Positions 12,822 through 21,947 of a DNA stretch of 64,000 bases are shown here, piece after piece. Made by a program: the position numbers and the translations under genes. The stretch's first letter is position 1; each line of letters begins with the position of its first letter. The notes beneath the pieces were generated by a model that was not told the origin of the DNA, ran no database searches, and saw nothing but the letters and a program-made list of their open reading frames with translations. Source of the stretch: Candidatus Fraserbacteria bacterium (GTDB lineage Bacteria; Bipolaricaulota; Bipolaricaulia; RBG-16-55-9; DRXL01); NCBI GenBank assembly GCA_947085185.1, contig CAMTVK010000002.1, positions 10,867-74,866 on the forward strand, read 5' to 3'.

Positions 12822-14237
12822 ATGCGCACGGTGATCGGGCTAGAAGTCCACGCGCAGCTCCTGACCAAGACTAAGCTCTTTTGTAGCTGCTCAGCAGACT
12901 ATTTCGGTGCGTCCCCAAACGCACATACGTGTCCAGTCTGCTTGGGGATGCCCGGCGCACTGCCGGTGCTCAACGAGCAAGCCCTCGAATATGCGCTAAG
13001 AGCAGCCCTGGCCCTCCAGTGTGAGATCCCCTTGCGCTCGAGCTTCGCCCGGAAGAATTATTTTTACCCCGATCTTCCCAAGGGCTATCAGATCTCGCAA
13101 TTTGACGAACCATTAGCTGTCAAGGGCTCCGTGGACTTGCCCACGGGCAAGCACATCAGAATTCGGCGCGTCCATCTTGAAGAAGACGCCGGGAAGCTGC
13201 TTCACACCGAAGATGGGGTCAGCTTGGTTGATTTCAATCGCGCCGGGGTCCCGCTGATCGAGATCGTCAGCGAGCCTGAGCTGAGCTCCCCGCAAGAAGC
13301 GCGACTCTTTATGGAAGAGCTTCGCAGGATCTTGCGCTATCTTGGGGTCTGCAGCGGCGACATGGAGGAGGGCTCGCTGCGGTGCGACGCGAATATCTCT
13401 GTGAGCCTGGACGAAAAGCTGGGCACGAAGATCGAGATAAAAAATATGAACTCGTTCCGAGCTGTCGAAGCGGCGCTGGAGTATGAAGTGCAGCGGCAGC
13501 GAGAGATCCTTGAGCGTGGCGATTCTCTCATCCAAGAGACGCGACTCTGGAACGAAAAGACAGAGAAGACTGAGCCGATGCGCACTAAAGAAGAATCCGA
13601 AGACTATCGCTACTTCCCCGACCCAGATCTCGTCCCTCTGCAGATCGCCGATGTCTGGAGAGAGAGGGTGCGCAGCTCGCTCCCGGAGCTGCCTGCAGCA
13701 AAGCGCCTCCGCTGGGAACAAGACTATAAATTGCCCGCATACGATATCATCGTGCTCACCGAAGAACGCCCCATCGCTGAATATTTTGAAGCCGTGGTCA
13801 AGCTCTATAATCACCCTAAAGACGTGAGCAACTGGATGATGTCAGAGCTCTTGAGATTGCTCAAAGAGCGCCAATCTCTCGAGATTGCGATCAAACCGGA
13901 GCACTTTGCCCAGGTGCTGGAGATGGTGCGCTCAGGACAGATCAACCGCACCGTAGCCAAAGACGTCATCGTTGAGTCCTTCAAGACCGGGAGAGCTCCC
14001 CAAGAGATCGTGCGCGACAAGGGGCTCAGACAGATCTCCGACGAAAGCACTCTAGCCGAGATCGTCGCCAAGGTTCTGGCTGAGAATCCCAAAGCCGTAG
14101 CAGATTTTCAAGCGGGCAAAGAAGCGGCCCTGGGATTTTTACAGGGCCAAGTGATGAAGGCTACAGCGGGCAAGGCCGATCCCAAAAAGACCCGCGATGT
14201 GCTCCTCCAGAAGCTGCGCGAGCTCCGACTCAGATGA
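12822..14237 (+). CDS. gatB: Asp-tRNA(Asn)/Glu-tRNA(Gln) amidotransferase subunit B
   Basis: [19 protein letters not shown]......[15 protein letters not shown]...RCDANISV. Confidence 0.95.
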   Translation: MRTVIGLEVHAQLLTKTKLFCSCSADYFGASPNAHTCPVCLGMPGALPVLNEQALEYALRAALALQCEIPLRSSFARKNYFYPDLPKGYQISQFDEPLAVKGSVDLPTGKHIRIRRVHLEEDAGKLLHTEDGVSLVDFNRAGVPLIEIVSEPELSSPQEARLFMEELRRILRYLGVCSGDMEEGSLRCDANISVSLDEKLGTKIEIKNMNSFRAVEAALEYEVQRQREILERGDSLIQETRLWNEKTEKTEPMRTKEESEDYRYFPDPDLVPLQIADVWRERVRSSLPELPAAKRLRWEQDYKLPAYDIIVLTEERPIAEYFEAVVKLYNHPKDVSNWMMSELLRLLKERQSLEIAIKPEHFAQVLEMVRSGQINRTVAKDVIVESFKTGRAPQEIVRDKGLRQISDESTLAEIVAKVLAENPKAVADFQAGKEAALGFLQGQVMKATAGKADPKKTRDVLLQKLRELRLR

Positions 14238-14625
14238 CAGCACTCACCCCGCAGGGGGCACGCTGAGCACTGCGAACTCCCTTGCCGCGGCTGATCTCAA
14301 GCTGAAGGACGTGTCCCCTAAGCCCCTGAGCGATGACCTTGACGGCGGCTTCAAGGTCCATCTTCGGTCCGCACGTGAAGATATCTATTGCGGCGTAGCG
14401 GTACTCTGGCCACGTATGAATTGTCAGATGGGATTCCGCGATGACGACCACGCCGCTGACGCCGTAGGGATTGAAGTGATGGAAGACGCTTTGGATGACA
14501 GTCGCATGAGCCGCTCGTGCGGCCGCAACCAAGAGTTGTTCCAGCGCTTGGGCGTCATCGAGAAGATGGGGATCAGCGTCCCAGACCTCCACAATGAGAT
14601 GGCGCCCCAAGGCCTGCTCCCGCAT
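14230..14625 (-). CDS. speH: S-adenosylmethionine decarboxylase proenzyme (small bacterial/archaeal type)
   Basis: [10 protein letters not shown]......[19 protein letters not shown] (E-S self-cleavage site)...AAIDIFTCG. Confidence 0.85.
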   Translation of the reverse strand: MREQALGRHLIVEVWDADPHLLDDAQALEQLLVAAARAAHATVIQSVFHHFNPYGVSGVVVIAESHLTIHTWPEYRYAAIDIFTCGPKMDLEAAVKVIAQGLRGHVLQLEISRGKGVRSAQRAPCGVSAVI

Positions 14626-14628
14626 GGC

Positions 14629-15723
14629 TCACCTCCTTGGCTTTATGAGAGAATCTTGGTCATAGTAGATATCCACCTCCTCCCCAAGGGAGCGACGACG
14701 CGGCGGTCGAAAGCCTGCAAGCGTTTCGACGCGAAAGAACGTAGAACGATACCAGGGCCGATCCGGAGCCTGCGACACCAACGCCGATCGAGTTGTCTCG
14801 ACCAAATACTCCCAATTCTCGTACAACCCGAAATCCCGCACTATATCGGAGATGAACAGATCGTGCTGACCAACGAGCTGTTGCTCAAAGAGACGCCACT
14901 TTTGAGGAGCTGCTTCGATCTTGGTCAAGCCGAAGTACCCCGCTTGACCAGCGCCTGGCTTGAGCAACGATAAGCCCTGCTCGACAAAGAGCAAAAAGCC
15001 TTCAAGAGTTTCTACCGGATCGGTGACGAAGACATCACATTGCGCTACACACTCCTCAGGCAAAGACTGACGCAGATCTTGGGTATAAGCGCGCAATGGC
15101 CACCGAGCGCACTGAGCTTGGTCGTTGAGAAATTCCACAAGGCGCTCATCTATCTCGAAGACGATGATCCGCGCAGGGCGCCCCGTCAACGCCAACGCGA
15201 CGCTGAGCAGATCGTCATCCCCTAAGAGAGCGATCTGTTTCTTAGTAAGGTCGCCGCAGCGATCCATCCAAGCGACACGCTTGATGACCGAGTCTGCTGT
15301 CAAGAATCCTTGGTCGAACTCTCTGATCGCAGGGGGACGGCGCTGAGCGATCTGGGAGAATTTTTGCTGGAGTTCTGGGAGAGGAGCAGGGCCGACGGCA
15401 CAGCAGGAGCACGGCTTCCCCACTGGAGGAGAGAGCGCAATCCCCCAGTGCTCCAATGCCCTTCGGCCCGCAGGAGTGAATTCCAGCGCGCGCCCGTCTA
15501 GGCGCAGATACCCCAGCTCACACAATGTCTCTATGAGAGCCATAAGGTGGGGGAACGGACGCTCGCACGCGCCCGCCGCTTGCCAGACATCAGACTCCTG
15601 ACTGAGGGCCTGCAGCATCCGGCGCACATCAGCTTCGGAGAGGGACGATGACCGTCGCTGCAGGCACTGTAACAATTCCTGCATGGCGATCACCTGCAAA
15701 AGCAAAACGGACTTGCCTTCCAC
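14629..15723 (-). CDS. bpsA: N4-bis(aminopropyl)spermidine synthase-like (DUF43 / branched-chain polyamine synthase)
   Basis: LLGDDDLLSVALALTG...IIVFEIDERLVEF...DLRQSLPEE...FDVFVTDPVETLEG..LF...GYFGLT. It lies directly downstream of speH. The start is uncertain: GTG at 15723 or ATG at 15684. Confidence 0.65.
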   Translation of the reverse strand: MEGKSVLLLQVIAMQELLQCLQRRSSSLSEADVRRMLQALSQESDVWQAAGACERPFPHLMALIETLCELGYLRLDGRALEFTPAGRRALEHWGIALSPPVGKPCSCCAVGPAPLPELQQKFSQIAQRRPPAIREFDQGFLTADSVIKRVAWMDRCGDLTKKQIALLGDDDLLSVALALTGRPARIIVFEIDERLVEFLNDQAQCARWPLRAYTQDLRQSLPEECVAQCDVFVTDPVETLEGFLLFVEQGLSLLKPGAGQAGYFGLTKIEAAPQKWRLFEQQLVGQHDLFISDIVRDFGLYENWEYLVETTRSALVSQAPDRPWYRSTFFRVETLAGFRPPRRRSLGEEVDIYYDQDSLIKPRR

Positions 15724-15825
15724 ACAACCACACCATTGCGCAAGCTCTGCCTCTTGCGCCCTAGCACGGGGCTTCAGACAAGCCCAGCATGTTTATTATA
15801 CCGTCCCTGCGCTTCTGAGGCAAGG

Positions 15826-16296
15826 TTATCGGCGCCGCTCGTTCAAGCGATAGGCTGCAATCCCAAACGCCACCGCGACATTGAGAGATTCCTTCTTCCC
15901 GTGCATGGGAAGCGTAAGAATCGCGTCGGCGCGCCTGAGAAGAGCCTGAGAGAGCCCGGTGACTTCGTTGCCCACCACGAGCGCCATGGGAAATTGGGGG
16001 ATGAACTCGCGATAGTCTATCGTCGGAAGCTCAATGTTATTCTCTAAAGCTACGATCTGGACACCTTGAGCTTTGAGGCGCTCCAGCAAGCGCCACGTCT
16101 GAGGGACGTGCTCCCACGGGACGGCCTTCTCGGCTCCTAACGCGACTTTCTCGATCTCATAGCGCGGCGGCGTCGGCGTGTAGCCGCACAGATAGATCTT
16201 CGTCACTCCAGCAGCGTCGGCGGTGCGAAAGATCGCGCCGACGTTAAACGTGCTGCGAATATTGTCGCAGACCACATAGAACTCTTGCGTGAACAT
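15826..16296 (-). CDS. SpoU/TrmH-family RNA 2'-O-methyltransferase
   Basis: NIRSTFNVGAIFRTADAAGV...LVVGNEVTGLS...LTLPMHGKKESLNVAVA. The chosen start is ATG at 16296 (MFTQEF...). Confidence 0.8.
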   Translation of the reverse strand: MFTQEFYVVCDNIRSTFNVGAIFRTADAAGVTKIYLCGYTPTPPRYEIEKVALGAEKAVPWEHVPQTWRLLERLKAQGVQIVALENNIELPTIDYREFIPQFPMALVVGNEVTGLSQALLRRADAILTLPMHGKKESLNVAVAFGIAAYRLNERRR

Positions 16297-16316
16297 TCTC
16301 TCTAATAGTATACTGA

Positions 16317-17810
16317 ATGCGCATGATCGAGCTTGATGGCCATTCTCTGACCCTTGAAGCCGCAAAAAAGATCGTCTTTGTCAAAGAGCCCGTCTCACTT
16401 GCGCCCAGCGCTCTGGAGCGCGTGCGTGGTGCTCGCGCCCTCGTGGAGAAGCTCATCGTGACGGGACAAAGAGTCTATGGGATCAACACGGGCTTTGGGA
16501 AGCTGAGCGCCCAGACGATCCCCCGCGAAAAACTCTCGTTGCTCCAAGAGAATTTGCTCAAAAGCCACGCGGTCGGCGTAGGGGAGCCCTTGCCTGATGA
16601 AGTCGCGCGTGCGGCCTTGCTCTTTCGGGTAAATTCGCTCTTGCAGGGGCGATCGGGAGTTCGCGTTGAGATCGTCGAGTATCTCAAAGAATTTCTCAAT
16701 CACGGGGTTGTCCCCATCATTCCCGACAAGGGCTCTGTCGGCTCCAGCGGAGATCTAGCGCCCTTGGCCCATCTGGCGCTGCTTTTGATCGGCGAAGGCC
16801 ATGCCAAGCTCCGCGAAAAAGTGCTTCCCGGACGGGAGGTGCTCACCGCGCTGAAGCTCCCCCCCTTGCGCTTGGCCCCCAAGGAGGGACTGGCACTCAT
16901 CAACGGGACGCAGGTCACGCTCGCACTGGGATTTGTCGCGCTCGTGCGCGCCCAGAGTCTTTTAGCCCAAGCACAAGCGATCAGTGCGCTGGCCGTCGAA
17001 GCCCTGCGCGGCCATACCGACGCTTTCGATGAGCGTTTACATCAAGCACGCCCGCATCCTGGACAGCAACGCGTCGCGCAAGCGCTGCGCGCCTGGCTCT
17101 CTGACAGTAAGCTCGTCAACAGCCGCACCGACGACGTCCAAGACAATTACACGCTGCGCTGTATCCCTCAAGTGCTCGGGGCGTCCGCCGATGCGCTCGA
17201 TTTTGTGCAGCACAAGTTCGAGATCGAGATGAACTCCGCGACAGATAACCCCTTGGTCTTCGCGGAGTCGGGCGACGTGCTTTCTGGGGGGAATTTTCAT
17301 GGGCAGATCTTGGCATTCTGTTGTGAGCTCCTGGGGCAAGCCGTCGCAGAGGTCGGGAACTTCTCAGAGCGGCGCATTGCGCTCTTGCTCGAAGCGCCAG
17401 ATCTCCCAAAGTTTTTAATCCAAGACAGCGGACTCAATTCGGGCCTGATGGTCCCACAATATACGGCAGCAGCGCTCGTCGCCGAGAACAAAATCTTAGC
17501 TCATCCTGCCAGTGTCGACTCCATTCCCACGTCAGGGGGCAAAGAAGACCATAACAGCATGGCGACCACGTCGGCGTACAAAGCCCTCCACATCGTCAGG
17601 AACGTCGAGATCATCTTAGCTATAGAGCTGCTGACCGTCCGACAAGCGCTCAGCTTTCGCGATCCGTCTCTGATGGCCCCGCGCACTCGCGCGCTCTATC
17701 AACGCATTTCCCAACAAATCCCCCCACTGGCAAATGATCGGCTCTTGCAGTATGATATTCACCGAGCGATCCAAATAATACAGGAGGGTAAGTGGTTTAA
17801 TGGGGTTTAA
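16317..17810 (+). CDS. hutH: Histidine ammonia-lyase
   Basis: VYGINTGFG....GSVGSSGDLAPLAHL (MIO region)...NGTQ....DNPL. ATG at 16323 is an equally plausible start. Confidence 0.85.
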   Translation: MRMIELDGHSLTLEAAKKIVFVKEPVSLAPSALERVRGARALVEKLIVTGQRVYGINTGFGKLSAQTIPREKLSLLQENLLKSHAVGVGEPLPDEVARAALLFRVNSLLQGRSGVRVEIVEYLKEFLNHGVVPIIPDKGSVGSSGDLAPLAHLALLLIGEGHAKLREKVLPGREVLTALKLPPLRLAPKEGLALINGTQVTLALGFVALVRAQSLLAQAQAISALAVEALRGHTDAFDERLHQARPHPGQQRVAQALRAWLSDSKLVNSRTDDVQDNYTLRCIPQVLGASADALDFVQHKFEIEMNSATDNPLVFAESGDVLSGGNFHGQILAFCCELLGQAVAEVGNFSERRIALLLEAPDLPKFLIQDSGLNSGLMVPQYTAAALVAENKILAHPASVDSIPTSGGKEDHNSMATTSAYKALHIVRNVEIILAIELLTVRQALSFRDPSLMAPRTRALYQRISQQIPPLANDRLLQYDIHRAIQIIQEGKWFNGV

Positions 17811-18693
17811 GTCGGGGTTTGTGGGAGTTCTCGGGCAAGCCAATGCGGGGAAATCGAGCTTCATCAATGCCCTCATGGGCAAGAAGCTTTTGATAGTCTC
17901 TGAGAAGCGCCAGTCCACGCGACATCGGATCAAGTGCGTGCTCACCCTGCCGGGCGCTCAGATTATCTTCGTTGATACCCCAGGGCTCCATCAGCCCGTT
18001 GACAAACTCAGCAAATATCTCTTAAAGCAGGCCTACGCTGCCCTCGATGGCCTCGACGTCTTAGTCTATATGACCGAGCCGTGGGGCAAGCTCCACGAAT
18101 ACGACGAAAAAGTCTTTGACCATATCAGAGATTTCACCAACCCTATGGTGCTCTTAATTAATAAAATAGATCTCGCCTCCAAAGAGCAGCTCGAAGAGAC
18201 CAAGACCGCTTATCACCAGACGGGGCTCTTCCGCGAGATCATCCCGATCTCGTGCACGCACGGGATCAATCTGGGGCTTGCAGCCAATACTATCGCGGAG
18301 TTCCTCCCCGAGGGCTCCCCGTACTTCGAAGATGACACTCAGTTAGATCGCCCTGTAGAATTTGTGATCGCCGAGACCATCCGAGAGAAGATCTATCAGC
18401 TCACCCATAAAGAGATCCCGTACTCGACCGGAGTCGAGGTCGTCCACATGAAGGAGCGCGAAGACGGTACGCTCATTGACATCATAGCCAATATCTATGT
18501 AGCGCGGGAATCTCAAAAGCCTATACTCATCGGCAACGGCGGCCGCATGATCAAAGAGATCGGACGTTTAGCACGACAAGATATCGAAGCGTTTTTGGGT
18601 AAGCACGTCTACTTAGATCTCCACGTGAAGGTCCGTCCCGGTTGGAACGAAGATGACGCCGAGATCGCCAAGATGCTCGGACGCGAGGGGTAG
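17800..18693 (+). CDS. era: GTPase Era
   Basis: GFVGVLGQANAGKSSFINAL (G1), DTPG (G3), NKID (G4) and a C-terminal KH domain. Confidence 0.9.
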   Translation: MGFKSGFVGVLGQANAGKSSFINALMGKKLLIVSEKRQSTRHRIKCVLTLPGAQIIFVDTPGLHQPVDKLSKYLLKQAYAALDGLDVLVYMTEPWGKLHEYDEKVFDHIRDFTNPMVLLINKIDLASKEQLEETKTAYHQTGLFREIIPISCTHGINLGLAANTIAEFLPEGSPYFEDDTQLDRPVEFVIAETIREKIYQLTHKEIPYSTGVEVVHMKEREDGTLIDIIANIYVARESQKPILIGNGGRMIKEIGRLARQDIEAFLGKHVYLDLHVKVRPGWNEDDAEIAKMLGREG

Positions 18694-18698
18694 CTCCT

Positions 18699-19781
18699 AT
18701 GGACGAGTCCGATACTCAGTTCCCCGTGGGGCTCTATCGAGAGCTCATCGCTCTTGGCACACAGATCCTTCAGAACTCCGATACGCGCGCGATTCTCAAA
18801 GAAGTCGCACGCGTCTTTGCCAAACATTCGCGCTTTGAGAGGGTCGGCGTCTCGATCTATAGAACACCGGTCTCCCCCGACCATCCCGATCCCCCTCCTA
18901 TTGCTGAGTACATCACGGTGGGGCTTTCTCCAGAACAAGAGCAGCTCCTGCGGCAACGCCGCGCCGCAGGAAAGATTCTCTCCGATAAACAGATTCTCGA
19001 ATCGGGCCGCCCCATCGGACCTGTGCTCTACGTCTCCTCGGAGCGGCTGCCTCAGTTGCGCCACTACGCCGTAGCTCAAGCCACCACAAGCACCGAGTGG
19101 GGGCCGCATGATATGCTCTACTGGCTCCTGAGATCTGGAGATCAGATCTTCGGGAGGATCGCGCTCTCCCAGCCCCGGGATGGACGCCTGCCCACCCCCA
19201 GCGAGCTCGAGCCCTTGGCCCTGATAGTGACTATGGCGACCTTAGCTCTCGCCAATAGCCATCAGATGCATGCCCTTCGCGAACAACAGCACAAACTCTC
19301 CGAACAAGCACGCCACGATCCTCTCACTGGCGTCTACAACCGCCGAGCTCTAGATGAGATATTGAATGAGCTCATGCGCGCCCACACGCCCTTTACGCTC
19401 GTCTTTTTGGACATAGACAATTTCTTCGCCGTCAACGATCAGTTTGGACATCTTGTGGGAGATCGAGTCATCCAAGAATTTGCGCAGTTCTTGCGAGACA
19501 TCATCCGCAAGACCGACAGTCTCTTCCGATACGGCGGCGACGAATTTATTATTCTCATGCCTCAGACGACCGCCGAGCAGGCCGAACAAGTCCTGGCACG
19601 GCTTCAGCCGGAGCTCCACAAGCGCAGCGAGCAGTGGGCCGGGGAGCTTCCAGGGGTGCAGCTCTCGATCAGTGTAGGAGTCTCCTCGTGGTCGCCCCAG
19701 AACCCTCGCCCACTTGAAGACATATTTGAAGAAGCCGACCAATTTATGTATCGTCGAAAGAGAGCACGTCAGCATCTATGA
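18699..19781 (+). CDS. Diguanylate cyclase (N-terminal GAF-like sensor plus GGDEF)
   Basis: HDPLTGVYNRRAL, DIDNFFAVNDQFGH, an RKTD I-site and YGGDEF. Confidence 0.85.
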   Translation: MDESDTQFPVGLYRELIALGTQILQNSDTRAILKEVARVFAKHSRFERVGVSIYRTPVSPDHPDPPPIAEYITVGLSPEQEQLLRQRRAAGKILSDKQILESGRPIGPVLYVSSERLPQLRHYAVAQATTSTEWGPHDMLYWLLRSGDQIFGRIALSQPRDGRLPTPSELEPLALIVTMATLALANSHQMHALREQQHKLSEQARHDPLTGVYNRRALDEILNELMRAHTPFTLVFLDIDNFFAVNDQFGHLVGDRVIQEFAQFLRDIIRKTDSLFRYGGDEFIILMPQTTAEQAEQVLARLQPELHKRSEQWAGELPGVQLSISVGVSSWSPQNPRPLEDIFEEADQFMYRRKRARQHL

Positions 19782-20632
19782 TCACGATCCGTCCGCTGCA
19801 GACGCTCGAAGAGCTTCACGCGTGCGAGAACCTCCAGAAACGGATCTGGGGCTTTGACGATATCAGCATTGTGCCCCATCACGTCCTGCTGACGACCATC
19901 AAGAACGGAGGGGTTCTGCTTGGAGCGTTCGAGACGGAAGAGAAGCTCATTGGGTTTGTCTACGGCTTCCCCGGCATTGAGCACGGGAAGCTCAAGCATT
20001 GTTCTCTGATGTGCGCGGTCCTGCCGGAGCGGCGCTTTCAGGGCGTGGGGTATCAGCTCAAACTCAAGCAACGCGAGGCCGTGCTCGCCCAGAACATTGA
20101 GCTTATCACCTGGACATTCGACCCGCTCGTGAGCCCCAACGCGTACTTTAATCTTCATAAGCTTGGCGTCATTGCACACACATACGAGCGCAATCTCTAC
20201 GGCGATATGCGAGATCGTCTCAACGCTGGGCTAGAAACGGATCGCCTCACCGTCGAGTGGTGGATCGCCAGCCCGCGCGTGCACGCGCGGCTGCGCGGGG
20301 ACCCCACCCCCCAGCCCCTTATGAGCGAGAACGGGGAGCTTCCCGTCATCAACGAGACCGAAGAGCGCGACGGATTTCTCGTCAATCGCGAGTATGCCCT
20401 CAATCATACTGAGAAACAGCTACTCTTAGAGATCCCCTATCATTGGCAGAAGATGCGCGAGCAGAAGATCGAACTGACTCGGCGCTGGCGCTCGGAGACG
20501 CGCGAGATCTTCGAGCACTATTTTGCTCACGGCTATGTTGCAAGCGATTTTCTCGTGCTCGAGCGCGAGGGGCGCAAGCGCACGTTCTATCTCCTAGAAA
20601 AAACACATAAAGAAGAGCTGCTACAACGATGA
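19778..20632 (+). CDS. GNAT-fold protein of the type found next to N-succinylamino-acid racemase genes
   Basis: About 284 aa. RRFQGVGYQLKLKQRE resembles an acyl-CoA-binding segment. It is translationally coupled to the downstream enolase-superfamily gene. Confidence 0.5.
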   Translation: MITIRPLQTLEELHACENLQKRIWGFDDISIVPHHVLLTTIKNGGVLLGAFETEEKLIGFVYGFPGIEHGKLKHCSLMCAVLPERRFQGVGYQLKLKQREAVLAQNIELITWTFDPLVSPNAYFNLHKLGVIAHTYERNLYGDMRDRLNAGLETDRLTVEWWIASPRVHARLRGDPTPQPLMSENGELPVINETEERDGFLVNREYALNHTEKQLLLEIPYHWQKMREQKIELTRRWRSETREIFEHYFAHGYVASDFLVLEREGRKRTFYLLEKTHKEELLQR

Positions 20633-21738
20633 AGATCGACTCGGTCGAGCTGCGCCAGATCGCCATGGAATTAGTCGAGCCCTTTGAGACGAGTGGCTGG
20701 CGCGAGACCCGCCGGCCGTGCCTCATCATAGCGATCTCTAGTGACGGCCTGACAGGCTATGGCGAGTGTGTGGCCGGCGCTGGGCCATGGTATTCGTATG
20801 AGACCGTCGAGACGGCTTGGCATATCTTAAAAGACTTTCTCATCCCCGCGGTGCTCGGGAAAGATATCGCTTCGGCAGAAGAGCTTCACGGCAAGTTTCA
20901 GGGTGTGCGCGGGCACCCTATGGCCAAGGCCGGTCTAGAAGCGGCTTTCTGGGATCTGCTCGCCCAAGCGAAGAAGATCTCTCTAGCCAAGCTCCTTGGC
21001 GGCACAAAAGACCGCATCGAGAGCGGCATATCTCTTGGGATTCACAAAGACATCCCGACATTGCTTGCCGTCATTGAGCGTCATCTTGCTCAAGGGTACC
21101 GGCGCATCAAGCTCAAGGTGAAGCCCGGCTGGGATATCGAAGTGCTGCGTGCGGTGCGCCAGCGCTTTCCCGATATAGAGCTCATGGCTGATGCCAACGC
21201 GGCGTACTCCATCGCTGATTTCGATCATCTCAAAAAGTTTGACGAATTTGGACTTTCCATGTTGGAACAGCCCTTGGATTACGACGATCTCATAGACCAC
21301 TCGGTCCTCCAGAGAGCTGTGAAGACCCCGATCTGTCTCGATGAGAGCATCAAGACCCCCACGGACGCGAGGAAGGCGTTAGACATTGGGGCGTGTAAGA
21401 TCATTAATATCAAGCCGGGGCGGGTGGGCGGGCTGCTCAACGCTCAAAAGATTCACGATCTCTGTCGGGAGCGGGGTGTGCCCGTCTGGTGTGGTGGGAT
21501 GCTCGAGACTGGGATCGGGAGGGCGGCCAATATTGCTTTGGCGAGCCTGCCGGGATTTACGCTGCCAAACGATATCTCCGCGAGCGCTCGCTACTGGAGA
21601 GAAGATCTCATTGATCCGCCGTTTGTGCTTGAGCCTGACGGGACAATAAAGGTACCGACGGAGCCGGGGCTGGGGGTGCGCGTGGTGCAAGAGCGAGTAG
21701 AGAGAGCGACACAGCGACGCGAGGAGTTTGTCGCTTAG
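20629..21738 (+). CDS. Enolase-superfamily o-succinylbenzoate synthase / N-acylamino-acid racemase
   Basis: IKLKVKPGWD, LMADANAAY, LEQPL and ICLDES carry the metal ligands and catalytic lysines of the MenC/NSAR subgroup. Confidence 0.8.
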   Translation: MKIDSVELRQIAMELVEPFETSGWRETRRPCLIIAISSDGLTGYGECVAGAGPWYSYETVETAWHILKDFLIPAVLGKDIASAEELHGKFQGVRGHPMAKAGLEAAFWDLLAQAKKISLAKLLGGTKDRIESGISLGIHKDIPTLLAVIERHLAQGYRRIKLKVKPGWDIEVLRAVRQRFPDIELMADANAAYSIADFDHLKKFDEFGLSMLEQPLDYDDLIDHSVLQRAVKTPICLDESIKTPTDARKALDIGACKIINIKPGRVGGLLNAQKIHDLCRERGVPVWCGGMLETGIGRAANIALASLPGFTLPNDISASARYWREDLIDPPFVLEPDGTIKVPTEPGLGVRVVQERVERATQRREEFVA

Positions 21739-21775
21739 GTGTCTAGCAAGTAGTATTATGTGAGGGTGAGGAATC

Positions 21776-21945
21776 ATGAAGTACACTGTTGTTTTGGAAA
21801 AGCGAATAGTCATATGATCTTACGGCGCGACCATCCCTTTGCTCAAGTGAGCGTGCCCGACCATAAAAGCCTCGATACAGGGACTTTAGCCCACATCTTG
21901 GATGCAGCAGGTCTCAGCATCGAGGAATTTCGCAAGTTGCTCTAA
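21776..21945 (+). pseudogene. Degenerate hicA-like toxin gene
   Basis: The ATG at 21776 has a Shine-Dalgarno and gives MKYTVVLEKRIVI*. A shifted frame continues GKANSHMILRRDHPFAQVSVPDHKSLDTGTLAHILDAAGLSIEEFRKLL, which is a HicA/YcfA C-terminal signature. About 12 aa of the N-terminal half is missing and there is no hicB partner. Confidence 0.5.
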
Positions 21946-21947
21946 GC

